NCBI GenBank assembly: GCA_963826115.1
Contig: CAWGVS010000006.1
Span: 768,001 to 832,000 of the forward strand
Origin: an uncultured Candidatus Rokubacteria bacterium
GTDB lineage: Bacteria; Methylomirabilota; Methylomirabilia; Rokubacteriales; DASRDR01
DNA: 64,000 bases
Direction: 5' to 3'
The notes beneath the pieces are model-generated. The model did not search any database. It was not told the DNA's origin and was given only the letters and a program-made list of their open reading frames with translations. Positions within the stretch are counted from its first letter, which is position 1, and every line of letters begins with the position of its first letter. The translations under genes and the position numbers were made by a program. This document shows positions 27,246 to 37,786 of the stretch, piece after piece.

Positions 27246-29116
27246 GCCAGGGTCGAGGACCGCACGCCCTGCCAGGGAGCGCGCGCCGCGCCGGCGGGTC
27301 GGCGCGCCGCGCCGGAAGGCCCTCCGGCTGCCCACCAACCCCATCGCGCGCCTCCACGACTGGCTCCGCGGGCAGCCCGACCGGGCTGGTCGCGCTCGCG
27401 CTGTCGGTCGGAGCCGGCAGCGGCGTCGGGCGCGGTCGCGTTCCGGTACCTCATCGCGTGGTTCACGCTGGTCTTCAGCGGCCACGCGGACTACAGCGCC
27501 GTCGGCCCGGCGCGCCCATCCCTGGCTGCCCGTCACTCGGGACGTGGTTCGTCCTGCTCGCGCCGGCGGTCGGCGGCCTGATCTACGGGCCGCTCGTCGA
27601 CCGGTTCGCCCGGGAGGCGCGCGGGCACGGGGTTCCCGAGGTGATGCTCGCCGTGGCGCAGCGGAGCGGGCGGATCCGCCCCCAGGTCGCGGTGGTCAAG
27701 TCGCTCGCGTCGGCGCTCTGCATCGGCTCGGGCGGGTCGGTCGGACGCGAGGGTCCGATCGTCCAGATCGGCTCCGCGCTCGGATCGTCGATCGGGCAGC
27801 TGCTCCGCGTCCCCGAGTCCCGCCTGCCGCTTGATGGTGGCCTGCGGCGCGGCCGCCGGCATCTCGGCGACCTTCAACGCGCCGATCGCCGGCGTGATCT
27901 TCGCCCTGGAGCTCATCCTCCGCGACTTCACGGCGGAGTCGTTCGGGGTCGTCGTCCTCGCGTCGGTCGTCGCGGACGTGATCGGCCGGGCCGCGGTCGG
28001 CGGCGGGGCGTTCCTGACGCTCCCGCCTTTCGCGCTCACCTCGCTCTGGGAGTACGGCCTCTACGCCGGCCTGGGCGTCCTGGCCGCGCTCGCCGGGGTT
28101 GGCTTCATCCGGGTGCTCTACGGCAGCGAGGACATCGCCGACCGGCTGTGGCGGGGTCCGGAGTGGCTGCGGCCGTGCGTCGGCGGCCTGGCTCTCGGCG
28201 CCGTCCTGCTGCTCGCTGCCCGCAGATGTACGGCGTCGGATACCCGGTGCTCGAGCGGGCCGATCCGGGGCGAGTACGTCGGTCGGCTTCCTGCTCCTGC
28301 TGCTGGCGGGGAAGATGCTCGCGACCAGCCTGACGATCGCGATCGGCGGCTCCGGCGGCGTCTTCGCCCCGTCGCTGTTCATGGGCGCCATGCTCGGGGC
28401 GGCCTACGGACACGCTGATACACGCGCTCGCAGCCGGGGATCGCCGGCCCGGCCGGCGCGTACGGCCTGGTGGGGATGGGGGCGATGTTCGCCGGCGACC
28501 GCCCGCGCGCCGATCACGGCGGTGCTCATCATCTTCGAGCTGACCGGGGAGTACCGGATCATCCTGCCGCTCATGATGGCGATCGTCGCTGGCGACCGCC
28601 GTCGCCAACATGCTGACGCGAGACACGATCTACACGTTGAAGCTGCGCCGCCGCGGGATCGAGATCGACCAGGAGCGGCCGGCGAGTCCGATGCGGCTCC
28701 TGGCCGTCCGGGACGCGATGCAGGCCCTGCCGGCACCGGTCTCCCAGGACCTCCGGCTCGCCGAGGTCATCGCCCGGTTCGCCGAGCAGGGACGGGACGC
28801 CCTGCCGGTCGTGGACGCCGGGGGCCGGTACCGCGGCACCGTGACCTCGCGGCGCGTCGAGCAGGCGCTCCGCGAGAATGGCCGGGTGGCGCTGGGGGAC
28901 CTCGCGGAGAGCATCCCGACGCTGCGCCCCGACGAGACCCTGGAGGATGCCGTGGCCCTGCTGGTGCGGAGCGCCGGGGCCGGGCTGCCGGTCGTCGACC
29001 CCGATCGGCACGGGGTCGTCGGCTGGCTCACGCACCACGACGTCCTGCGCGCCTACTACGAGGCGGTGAAGCGGAGCAAGGGACCGGTCCGGCCCCGGCG
29101 GCGCGCCGAGACCTGA
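27235..29116 (+). CDS. ClC chloride channel/antiporter with C-terminal CBS pair (several frameshifts)
   Basis: GHGVPEV, GGSVGREGP, FNAPIAG, GGVFAP, DTIYT and CBS domains spread over alternating frames. Confidence 0.88.
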
Positions 29117-29155
29117 CGGAGGCCTCGCGCGGATCGTGACTTAGGTCTCGCCTAG

Positions 29156-29379
29156 AGCTTCGCCAAGGGCCCGCCCCCGATCATCAGCGAGGATCCGAAG
29201 GTCGAGCTCCTTGAGAAGGACGCGGAGTACCACGTCACGACCGGCTACCCGGGCCCGCTAACGCCGGCCGGCGACGAGGTGTACCAGCAGTTCGTGATGA
29301 TCGACGCGGTGGCGCAGTACTGGACCGACGGATGGACCTCGCCCAGACGATCAAGGGGATCTACGCGAAGTTCGCGTGA
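29156..29379 (+). pseudogene. C-terminal remnant of an ABC transporter solute-binding protein
   Basis: Manual translation FAKGPPPIISEDPKVELLEKDAEYHVTTGYPGPLTPAGDEVYQQFVMIDAVAQY...IKGIYAKFA*; no start codon or N-terminus. Confidence 0.5.
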
Positions 29380-29430
29380 GCCGGGGGCCGGGGAGGCACG
29401 GCCCGCCGGACCGCCACGGTCTCCGGGCGC

Positions 29431-29468
29431 CGTGACTTAGGTCGCCCCGGACCGCGACGCCGGTCACG
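29431..29468. promoter_or_regulatory. Tandem Crp/Fnr-type operator sites upstream of SOD
   Basis: CGTGA-CTTAGG-TCGCC (29431-46) and CGCGA-CGCCGG-TCACG (29453-68), 22 bp apart. Confidence 0.55.
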
Positions 29469-29598
29469 GCGCCTCGAGGCCGGTCGCGTCATCCTCTTCT
29501 CAGACGAACCCTCGGGATCGTCCCGGCCAGGGGGGGACGGCACATGTGGCGCTCCTCAATCTGGCATCGGTGGAACGTCTCGAGACGGGGAGGAAGCG

Positions 29599-30230
29599 AT
29601 GACGAAGACCGTGTACCGACCGCAGGAGGTGCATCTCTCGGGGCTGACCGGGATCTCCGACCGGACGCTGGAGATGCACGTCGACCTGTATCGGGGATAC
29701 GTCAAGAACACGAACCTGCTCACCGAGCAGCTGGCGGAGATGCGGCACGCGGGGCGGGCCGGCGCGGCGAATCCGGCCTACGCGGAGCTGACCCGCCGCC
29801 TGGGATTCGAGTACGGCGGGATGGTGCTTCACGAGTACTACTTCGGCAACCTCGCCCCCAAGGGGCGGGGTGAGGCGTCCGTACCCTTGCGCCAGGCCCT
29901 CGAGCAGGCGTTCGGCGGCCTCGACGCCTGGAAGGCCGACTTCGCCGCGGTGGGGAGCCTGCGGGGCGTGGGCTGGGCGATCCTCTACGAGGATCCCGCC
30001 AACACGCCAGCTCTCGAACCAGTGGGTCACCCTCCACCAGCAGGGTGTGCCGCCCGGCTTCAAGCCGCTGCTGGTGATGGACGTGTGGGAGCACGCGTAC
30101 CTGCTCGACTACACGCCGGCCGAGCGGGGCAAGTACATCGACGCGTTCTTCGCGCAACATCGACTGGACCGCGGTCAACGGCCGGCTGGCGAGCCCGGTG
30201 GCGGATCGCGTGGTGCGCCACGCGGCCTGA
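29599..30230 (+). CDS. Fe/Mn superoxide dismutase family protein (frameshifted)
   Basis: LEMH..LY.GYV, LHEYYFGNL, GVGWAIL, LVMDVWEHAY; indels near 30000 and 30150. Confidence 0.88.
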
Positions 30231-30274
30231 CGGACGTGCCGGCGGCATCATGCGCGGAAGGAGGGACCGGAGCC

Positions 30275-30980
30275 ATGAAGAAGGTCATTCCTGCGTCGGC
30301 GCGATGGGAGTCGGACCGGCGGCGGCGCTTCTCGTGTGGACGGCCGTGGTGGGCGCGCAGGCGGGCGGCGAGGTGGCGGGCGAGGTCAAGCTCGTCGGAG
30401 CGCCCCCGCCGGCCCGCGTCGTGGAGGTGAACAAGGACACTGGCGGTCTGCGGCAAGGAGAAGAAGATCGTCGACGTCAGCGGTCGGCCCGGGCAACGGC
30501 CTGGCCGGCGCCGTCGTCTCGATGCCAGACGCGAAGGGCAAGCAGTCGCCAGGCAAGGCCACGCTCGACCAGAAGGGGTGCGAGTTCCACCCGGAGGTCC
30601 TGGTCATGGCGCCCGGCGAGCTCGACGTCAGGAACTCGGACGGGATCCTCCACAACATCCACAGCTTCTCGTCGGCCAACTCTCCCTTCAACATGGCGCA
30701 GCCGAAGTTCCGGAAGGTGATCTCCGAGGAGATCGGCAAGCCGGAGATCATCCGGGTCCAGTGCGACGTGCACAGCTGGATGCACGGCTGGCTGTTCGTG
30801 ACGGACCATCCGGCGACCGTGACCGATACCGCCGGCGCCTTCACGCTCGAGAACCTCTCTCCGGGGAAGCACAAGATCGAGGTCTGGCACCCTGTCCTCG
30901 GATCGCAGTCGAAGACCGTGGACGTCAAGCCCGGCGAGACGGTGAGGGTGACCTTCGAGCTGGCGACGAAGAAAGGCTGA
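30275..30980 (+). CDS. Carboxypeptidase-regulatory-like / cupredoxin-domain periplasmic protein (frameshifted)
   Basis: LDQKGCEFHP, NSDGILHNIH, CDVHSWM (type-1 Cu-like ligands), GKHKIEVWHP. Confidence 0.8.
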
Positions 30981-31231
30981 GCGCTCTCCCGGGGGCGAGG
31001 GTCAGGCCGCGAGCCGGATCGCGGCGGACCCACGTGCAGCCCGGCATTGGCCCGCGCGACGATCTCTTTGATCCCCAGCTCTGCGTAATTGAGGTCACAC
31101 GCTGTGCTCGGGCCCCGCCTGGCGCGGGGCGCCCTTGCGCCGGCGCGCCCCGGCCGGGTAGAAGCGAGTGACGGCAGCGCCGCGATGGCCGGCCGCCTTG
31201 ACGTGACCCCGGACCGAGGAGCCCACACGCC

Positions 31232-32894
31232 ATGCCGAAGCCCCGACTCGACGCGCGCGCGAAGGCCCTGCTCGCCCAGCGACCGCCCGCGGACGCCGTG
31301 TCCTACATGCCGCCGCCCGGGCGGCTCTCCCTCATCATCAAGCTGGTCGGCACCGACCAGGACCGCCTGACGCGCCCCGGCGACCGCGGCCTCTTCTGCT
31401 ACACGGACCGGCTGAGCTACCAGCCGGGCGACGAGGTGCGGTTTCACACGTCGACCTCGGCGTCGCGCTACTCCATCGAGATCGCGCGGGTCGGCGCCGC
31501 GCGCGAGGTGGTGTGGACGAAGAGCGGCATCCCGGGCGCGCTCCACCCGACGCCGCCCGAGGCCTACGGCCGCGGCTGCGGCTGGCCGGACGGCTTCGGC
31601 TTCCGGATCCCGAAGGACTGGCGGTCCGGCTACTACGCGGTGACGCTCCGGGCCGAGGACCGGAAGGGCGAGCCTCTCGAGTGGGACCACTTCTTCGTCG
31701 TGCGGGCGCCCGCCGGGAAGCGCGCCGCGCGGATCTTGATGATCCTCTCGACCAACACCTACGCCGCGTACAACACCTGGGGCGGGAAGTGCCTCTATGC
31801 CAGCGACGACCGGTCCGTCGCGTGCCGGCTCTCGTTCCAGCGGCCGTGGCAGCGGGGCCTCCTGCGCCGGCCGCCGAGCACGATCCGCAACATCAACGCG
31901 GGAATCCCGGGCTTCGGCGAGCGCCCGGTGTTCGACGCGCCGCCGCGCCAGGTCCAGCAGGGCTACCATCACTGGACGCGCTTCGCCGGCTTCCAGACGT
32001 GGGAGTCGATCTTCGTGCCGTGGCTGGAGGCGAGCGGCTACGCGGTCGACTACTGCGTCCAGGGCGACCTCGACCGCGATCCCGGAGTGGTCGAGGGGTA
32101 CCGCATGCTGACCTCCGCCGGCCACGACGAGTACTGGTGCGTGGCAGGAGCGGGACGTCGTGGACGACTTCGTCGAGGCGGGCGGGAACGCGGCGTTCTT
32201 CATCGGCAACGCGGCGTTCTGGCAGGTGCGCCTCGAGGACGACGGCCAGGTGATGGTCTGCTACAAGTACTTTCCCGAGTTCGATCCCGTCTACGGGACC
32301 GCGCGGGAGAAGTACCTCACCGGCATGTGGTCGAACCCGCGCACCGGCCGGCCCGAGAACGAGACCTTCGGGCTCTCCTTCACGCGGGGCGGCTACCACG
32401 GCCTGGGCTTCATCATGCCGAGGTCGTCCGGCGGCTACATGGTGTACCGTCCCGGCCACTGGGCCTTCGCCGGCACCCACCTCGAGTACGGCGACGTCTT
32501 CGGCGGCAAGGACCGGATCGTCGGCTACGAGTGCGACGGGCTCGACTTCGTGACGCGGAACGGGCTCCCGTACCCGACCGGGCGCGACGGCGCGCCGATG
32601 AGCACCGAGATCCTGGCGCTCGCGCCCGCGTCGCTCGGCGAGCGGCCCTCCGCGGAGCGCGAGGTCGTGTGGGACCAGCGCGACCTGGAGGCGGTGGTGC
32701 GCCAGCTCGAGGGGCGGGTCACGCCCGCGGGGCTCGAGAAGTACCGCTACGGCACGGCCGCCGTGGTCACGTTCACCCGAGGGAAGGGGACGGTCTTCAA
32801 CTGCGGCTCGACCGAGTGGTCGTACGGCCTCCAGGGCCGCGACCTGTTCGTCGAGCGCGTCACGCGGAACGTCTTCGACCGCCTGTCGGCCTAG
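31232..32894 (+). CDS. N,N-dimethylformamidase beta subunit family protein (one frameshift near 32140)
   Basis: WRSGYY, STNTYAAYNTWGG, LSFQRP, GHDEYW, VGYECDG, GTVFNCGSTEW. Confidence 0.87.
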
Positions 32895-33057
32895 CGCGCT
32901 TCCGGGGGGCCGGCGGCCCCGCCGCGCCGTGCTCGTCGCGGCGGGGAATCGGGCTATCCTGGAGGCCGCGTGCTCCGGCGTCGTCCCGCCTCCCGCGTCG
33001 GGGCGGGCTCGCGCGCCGGAGCCGGAACCACACCTGTCGCCGACGGAGGAAGCCTGA

Positions 33058-34073
33058 TTGTCGACCATCCTGGTGACCGGGGCCGCCGGCTTCATCGGCT
33101 TCCACCTGGCGCGGCGCCTCCTAGCCGACGGCCATCGGGTCGTGGGCCTCGACAACCTGAACGACTACTACGATCCGGCCCTCAAGGAGGCGCGGCTTGA
33201 AGCAACTGGGGGCCGGGGCGGGTTTCTCCTTCGAGCGCCTCGAGCTGGCCGACGGGAAGGCGGTGGCGGATGCCTTCCGCCGGCACGCGCCCGCCCGCGT
33301 CGTGCACCTCGCGGCCCAGGCCGGGGTGCGCTACTCGCTCGACCAACCCGTCCGCGTACGTGGACGCCAACCTGGTCGGCTTCGCCAACGTGCTCGAGGG
33401 GTGCCGGCACCACGCGGTCGGGCACCTCGTGTTCGCCTCGTCGAGCTCGGTCTACGGCGCCAACACGCGCCTGCCCTTTTCCGTGCGGGACAACGTGGAC
33501 CACCCGCTCAGCCTGTACGCGGCGACGAAGAAGGCGAACGAGCTGATGGCCCATTCCTACGCGCACCTCTACGGCCTGCCGTGCACCGGTCTCCGGTTCT
33601 TCACCGTGTACGGACCGTGGGGGCGGCCCGACATGGCGCTCTTCCTGTTCACGCGGGCGATCCTCGAGGACCGGCCCATCGACGTGTTCAACGACGGGAA
33701 GATGCGGCGGGACTTCACGTACGTGGACGACGTCGTCGAGGGCATCGTGCGCGTGCTGGCGCGCCCCGCGTCGCCGGATCCCGCGTGGCACGGGGCGGCG
33801 CCCCAGCCCGCCAGCAGCCAGGCGCCGTACCGCGTCTACAACATCGGCAACGGACGGGCGGTCGAGCTCCTCCGCTACATCGAGGTGCTCGAGGCGTGCC
33901 TCGGGCGCAAGGCGAAGCGGAACTTCCTGCCGATGCAGCCAGGCGACGTGCCGGTCACCGAGGCCGACATCAGCGACCTCGTGCGGGAGTTCAACTACCG
34001 GCCGGAAACGACCGTGGAGGAGGGGGTCGCGCGGTTCCTCGAGTGGTACCGCGCCTACTACCGGGTCGGCTGA
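33058..34073 (+). CDS. NAD-dependent epimerase (UDP-glucuronate 4-epimerase-like), frameshifted
   Basis: [46 protein letters not shown]. Confidence 0.92.
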
Positions 34074-35131
34074 GGGCCGGGCGCCTCCCGCCCGAACCGC
34101 TGGCGGAGCCGCGCGGCGAACGGGAACGGCGCGAGCCATCGCCGGACGGCGGCGCCGTCGACCCGGCGGCGCCCCTGGATCTCCTGCCGCGTTGCCCAGA
34201 CGTGGCGAAGCAGCCGCAGCGCGCCGACGTACCCCGTGAGCGCGGCCGGGCGCGTCACCGCGTAGTCGACGAACCGGAGGGCCTCCGAGACGGCGAGGAC
34301 GCCCGCGTCGGGGAGGAGATCGGCGGCCCGGTCGTTGCGCAGGATCATGAGGTAGCGGTTCTGCAGCGAGTGGCGGGCCACGTGGACGGCGTGGCGGCGC
34401 CGGTCGCCTTGGTGACCGCGCTCGTGCTCGGCCACGGCCCCGGGGACGTAGTGGGCCCTCCAGCCCCGGAGCCGCGCGCGCCAGTCGAGGTCGACGTCCT
34501 CCAGGTAGGCGAAGAACGCCGCCTCGAAGTAGTCGCCGCCGACCCGCACGTCCTCGAGCATCGCATGCCGGTAGAGCGCGGCCGCCGCGCAGACGCCGAA
34601 CACCTCGCCCGCGGCGTCGTACTGGCCGCGGTCGACCTCGCCGGACCCCCGGTTCACCGGCACCCGGTTCCGGCAAAGCACGTGCCCCGTGGAGTCGAGC
34701 ACCGCGCCCGTCGCGGACCCGGCCGGGCGGACGAGCTTCCCGGTCACGCTCCCGATCGAGGGATCAGCGTCGGCAGCCGCCACGAGCCGCGCGACGTAGT
34801 CGGGGCGGAGGTAGACGTCCGGGTTCAGGAGCAGGACGTAGGGCGTCGCGGCCCGGCGGATGAGCTCGTTCGCGGCTCGCGCGAAGCCCACGTTCGCCGG
34901 GGAGCGCTCGACCCGGAGCCCCCGCGCCTCCACGACCGCGACCGAGCGATCGGCGGAGGCGTTGTCCCACAGGAGGACTTGGATCGGCGGGTGCGTCTGG
35001 GCGGCGAGGGCGTCGAGGCACCGCCCGACCTGGCGCTCGCTGTTGTAGGTGACGATGCACGTCGACACGCCACCGGCGCCAGTCGCCGCCGACGCCGGTT
35101 CCGGGGCAAGGGCCCGGGCCCGATCCGTCAT
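34058..35131 (-). CDS. Glycosyltransferase family 2
   Basis: [37 protein letters not shown]. Confidence 0.92.
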   Translation of the reverse strand: MTDRARALAPEPASAATGAGGVSTCIVTYNSERQVGRCLDALAAQTHPPIQVLLWDNASADRSVAVVEARGLRVERSPANVGFARAANELIRRAATPYVLLLNPDVYLRPDYVARLVAAADADPSIGSVTGKLVRPAGSATGAVLDSTGHVLCRNRVPVNRGSGEVDRGQYDAAGEVFGVCAAAALYRHAMLEDVRVGGDYFEAAFFAYLEDVDLDWRARLRGWRAHYVPGAVAEHERGHQGDRRRHAVHVARHSLQNRYLMILRNDRAADLLPDAGVLAVSEALRFVDYAVTRPAALTGYVGALRLLRHVWATRQEIQGRRRVDGAAVRRWLAPFPFAARLRQRFGREAPGPQPTR

Positions 35132-35193
35132 CCCGCCACACGATAGACACGGCGACCGGAGCGGGCAAGCCCGTCCATGCGGGCCGCTCGCGC

Positions 35194-37461
35194 CTACCGC
35201 GGACCGCGGCTCAGGAGCTCGACCGTGACGCGGGCAGTGCCAGCGTTGTTCCGGTAGAAGCGGCTCCGGAGCCCGGGGAGCTCGACCACCGCGTCGTTCA
35301 CGTAGAGGAAGAGCTCGCCGGTCGTGCGGGCGCGGACGTTGCTGACGAGCCGCCGCACGGCGGCGGAGTCGTCCTCCCCGGGGGTGGCCGAGGGTCGCGG
35401 GAGGAGCGCGTACTCGTCAGTGCCCTTCCAGCCGATGCGGGCGATCGGCCGGAACCAGGGCTGGGAGAGCCACCGTCGGAACGGGAGGCCGAGCACCATC
35501 GGCGAGACGGGCGTCCCGAACCCCCGCAGGTCGTCGACGGCGATGGGGCCGTCCGACCACGGCTCCTGCGGTTCGATCGTGATGCGGTAGTTCAATCCGC
35601 CCCGGAGCCGCACGCCGGTCGCCCAGCAAGAGGCGCTCGTCCGGAAGCCCTCCCGGACCACGGGGGCGGCGGTCGTGACCGGATCGAGGGGCCCGCTGCG
35701 CGGGCAGGCGAGGCCGAGCGACGCCGTGATCACCGCGGCCGTCTGGCTGACGACCGCGGCGACCAGGAGCACGATCAAGGCCGCGAGGATCGTGGGCAAG
35801 ACGTACCGCTTCCCCACGCGGAAGATCCCGCGGTAGAGGGGATGCGTGCGGAGTCGGTAGAGTCCGTCGGCCGGCGGCCGGGCTTCGACGGGGGCGGCCA
35901 GCCAGAGGCTCCGCATGTGGTCGCTGATCCGGCCCTCGAGCCGCTTCCCCGCGACCATCAGGCCGACGACGATGGAACCCCATAGCGCGAACGTCCCCGG
36001 ATTCACCGCGAAGCCCTCGATCCAGTCGTGGGCCGCCGCGGGCGCGAGGCTTCCGGCGGTCCGGATCGGCCAGGCGAGGAAGCTCCACTCGCTGGCCGGG
36101 CCGGACTCGCTGCCGTGGATCCAGGGGAGCAGGACGAGGTACGCCGACGCGACCACGGTCCCGAAGTAGGTGACGCGGCGGCCCCACACGAGGTTCCAGA
36201 CCCGCTCCTGCAGCCGGACGCGCGCGGCGGCCTGCGCGGGCGTCTCGTAGGGGTTGTCCTTCCCCCGGAGGATGTCGCCTGCGGCCGTGACCACCGCGTA
36301 CTCGGCGGGCAGGCCGACCGGGGCGTAACCGCGCGCGCCGCGGCGGAGCCGCTTGAACATGCTCTCGTGGATCTTGGGCACGGCGATCTCGACCTCGTCG
36401 TGCGGGGCGCTCGAGAACTGCTCGTGGGTGAGCTCCGCGAGCTTCCGGGGGCAGTAGCGGTAGTACGCCCCCATCCCGTAGCGCGAGTCGTAGAGGCGCC
36501 CGTCCTCGTCGGACGCGAGGCGCGCCTCCTCGATGGCGCCCTTCTTGAACTCGAGGCCGGCCTTCTCCGCCTCGGTCATCATCCAGTGGAGCGACACCTG
36601 GGCCAGGGCGTCGTCGGGATAGCCGCCGCCGACGTTCGAGTGGACGCCCGTGAACCACACCTGGCCGATCCGCTCGTCGCGGATGTTGGCGGCCATGGGC
36701 GGCTCGTCCTTCTCCGTCCACAGCACCGGGAAGAAGGTCGTCCGCTCGTCGTCGAGCGCGAGGGCGTGACGGGCGCGCTTGACCTTCGCGCTGAGCTTGC
36801 GGTCGGGGAGCGACAGGGGCCAGAGCCAGAGACTCACACCGCGTGTCATCTCCTCGATCGGCGCGCCGTAGGCCGCCACCGTGTCCCAGAGCCCAATGAA
36901 CTCGATGCTCGGGACGTCGCGGTTGTTCTTCGGGTCGTACCGGGGCCGCCTGAACAGCCAGTTCCAGCCGTCGAGGAGCAGGTTGCGAAGCACGCGGAGG
37001 AGCTCGACCAGCGGCGCGAGCACCGTGGTGTACCGGCGCCGGTACTCGCGGTAGGCCGCGGCCGCGTCCCGCTGGAGCTCTTCCTCGGAGGTCACCGGCG
37101 CCAGGCCCTGACGTGCGATCAGCCCCATCAGGACCCGGATGGTGAACGCGCCGCGGCTGAACCCGAAGGCGTAGATCTCGGCGCCGTCCTGCCAGTTCCG
37201 GCACGCGAAGCGGTAGAGGTCGAGGACGTTGCGCTTGAGCCCCCAGCCGAACGCGCCGCCGAGGATGGCGAGAGGCTTGAAGGTGGACGTGCCCACGCCG
37301 TCGTCGTACAGGGCGACCTGGCGGCTGTTCGACAGGTCGAGGGCCTGGTAGAGGCGCCAGACGTTGGTGCGCCAGACCTTCGCCGCGCTGTTCCCGGTCC
37401 CGTCGGACAGGAGGATGATCCGCTTGGTCTTCCGGGCGTGGTCGACGCCGTCGACCGTCAT
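35194..37461 (-). CDS. DUF2235 (Tle1-like alpha/beta hydrolase / phospholipase) with TM segments and C-terminal beta domain
   Basis: IILLSDGTGN, YDDGVGT, FGFSRGA, LWDTV, WFTGVHSNVGGGY; GGAGG RBS before ATG 37461. Confidence 0.9.
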   Translation of the reverse strand: MTVDGVDHARKTKRIILLSDGTGNSAAKVWRTNVWRLYQALDLSNSRQVALYDDGVGTSTFKPLAILGGAFGWGLKRNVLDLYRFACRNWQDGAEIYAFGFSRGAFTIRVLMGLIARQGLAPVTSEEELQRDAAAAYREYRRRYTTVLAPLVELLRVLRNLLLDGWNWLFRRPRYDPKNNRDVPSIEFIGLWDTVAAYGAPIEEMTRGVSLWLWPLSLPDRKLSAKVKRARHALALDDERTTFFPVLWTEKDEPPMAANIRDERIGQVWFTGVHSNVGGGYPDDALAQVSLHWMMTEAEKAGLEFKKGAIEEARLASDEDGRLYDSRYGMGAYYRYCPRKLAELTHEQFSSAPHDEVEIAVPKIHESMFKRLRRGARGYAPVGLPAEYAVVTAAGDILRGKDNPYETPAQAAARVRLQERVWNLVWGRRVTYFGTVVASAYLVLLPWIHGSESGPASEWSFLAWPIRTAGSLAPAAAHDWIEGFAVNPGTFALWGSIVVGLMVAGKRLEGRISDHMRSLWLAAPVEARPPADGLYRLRTHPLYRGIFRVGKRYVLPTILAALIVLLVAAVVSQTAAVITASLGLACPRSGPLDPVTTAAPVVREGFRTSASCWATGVRLRGGLNYRITIEPQEPWSDGPIAVDDLRGFGTPVSPMVLGLPFRRWLSQPWFRPIARIGWKGTDEYALLPRPSATPGEDDSAAVRRLVSNVRARTTGELFLYVNDAVVELPGLRSRFYRNNAGTARVTVELLSRGPR

Positions 37462-37530
37462 GGGGGCCTCCCGTGGGCGAGCGTCCGGGCGTACTGGGGC
37501 CGCGGGGTCCATCGCTCGGCCCCCGGAGGG

Positions 37531-37546
37531 AGCGAAATTCGCGCCA
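37531..37546 (-). promoter_or_regulatory. sigma54 -24/-12 promoter for the DUF2235 gene
   Basis: Minus strand TGGCGCGAATTTCGCT (GG-N10-GC), closely similar to 10277-10292. Confidence 0.68.
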
Positions 37547-37635
37547 GGCGTCGCGCGGGGGCAGGCGCCCGTGGATTCGGCAAGAACGGCGCGCACCTCC
37601 GGCCCCTGCGACGGTCACGGAGCCCGCGCGAGGGG

Positions 37636-37755
37636 TGCACTGCGGACAGGGCAGGGGCGAAGGCGGCGGTCGACGGCGCGGCTCAAAACGTCGAAGAATC
37701 GAGGAGTTCCGTGGACTGCACAGTGGACTGTGCACCCTGCACTGTGGACTGTGCA
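37636..37755. promoter_or_regulatory. Enhancer-like element, copy 2 (inverted relative to copy 1)
   Basis: TGCACTGTGGACTGTGCA (37738-55), TGCACAGTGGACTGTGCA (37717-34), TGCACTGCGGACAGGGCA (37636-53). Confidence 0.8.
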
Positions 37756-37786
37756 GCACCGCCGGCCAAGCTCCGGGGGTCAGGCC

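Noticed and set aside
27620-27645. GHGVP instead of GSGIP in the ClC selectivity motif
   Set aside because: A common variant in bacterial CBS-containing ClCs; not the fluoride-type signature.
27235-33400. Programmed frameshifting in ClC, SOD, DMFase-like and epimerase genes
   Set aside because: Multiple indels per gene with no slippery sites; assembly error is more parsimonious.
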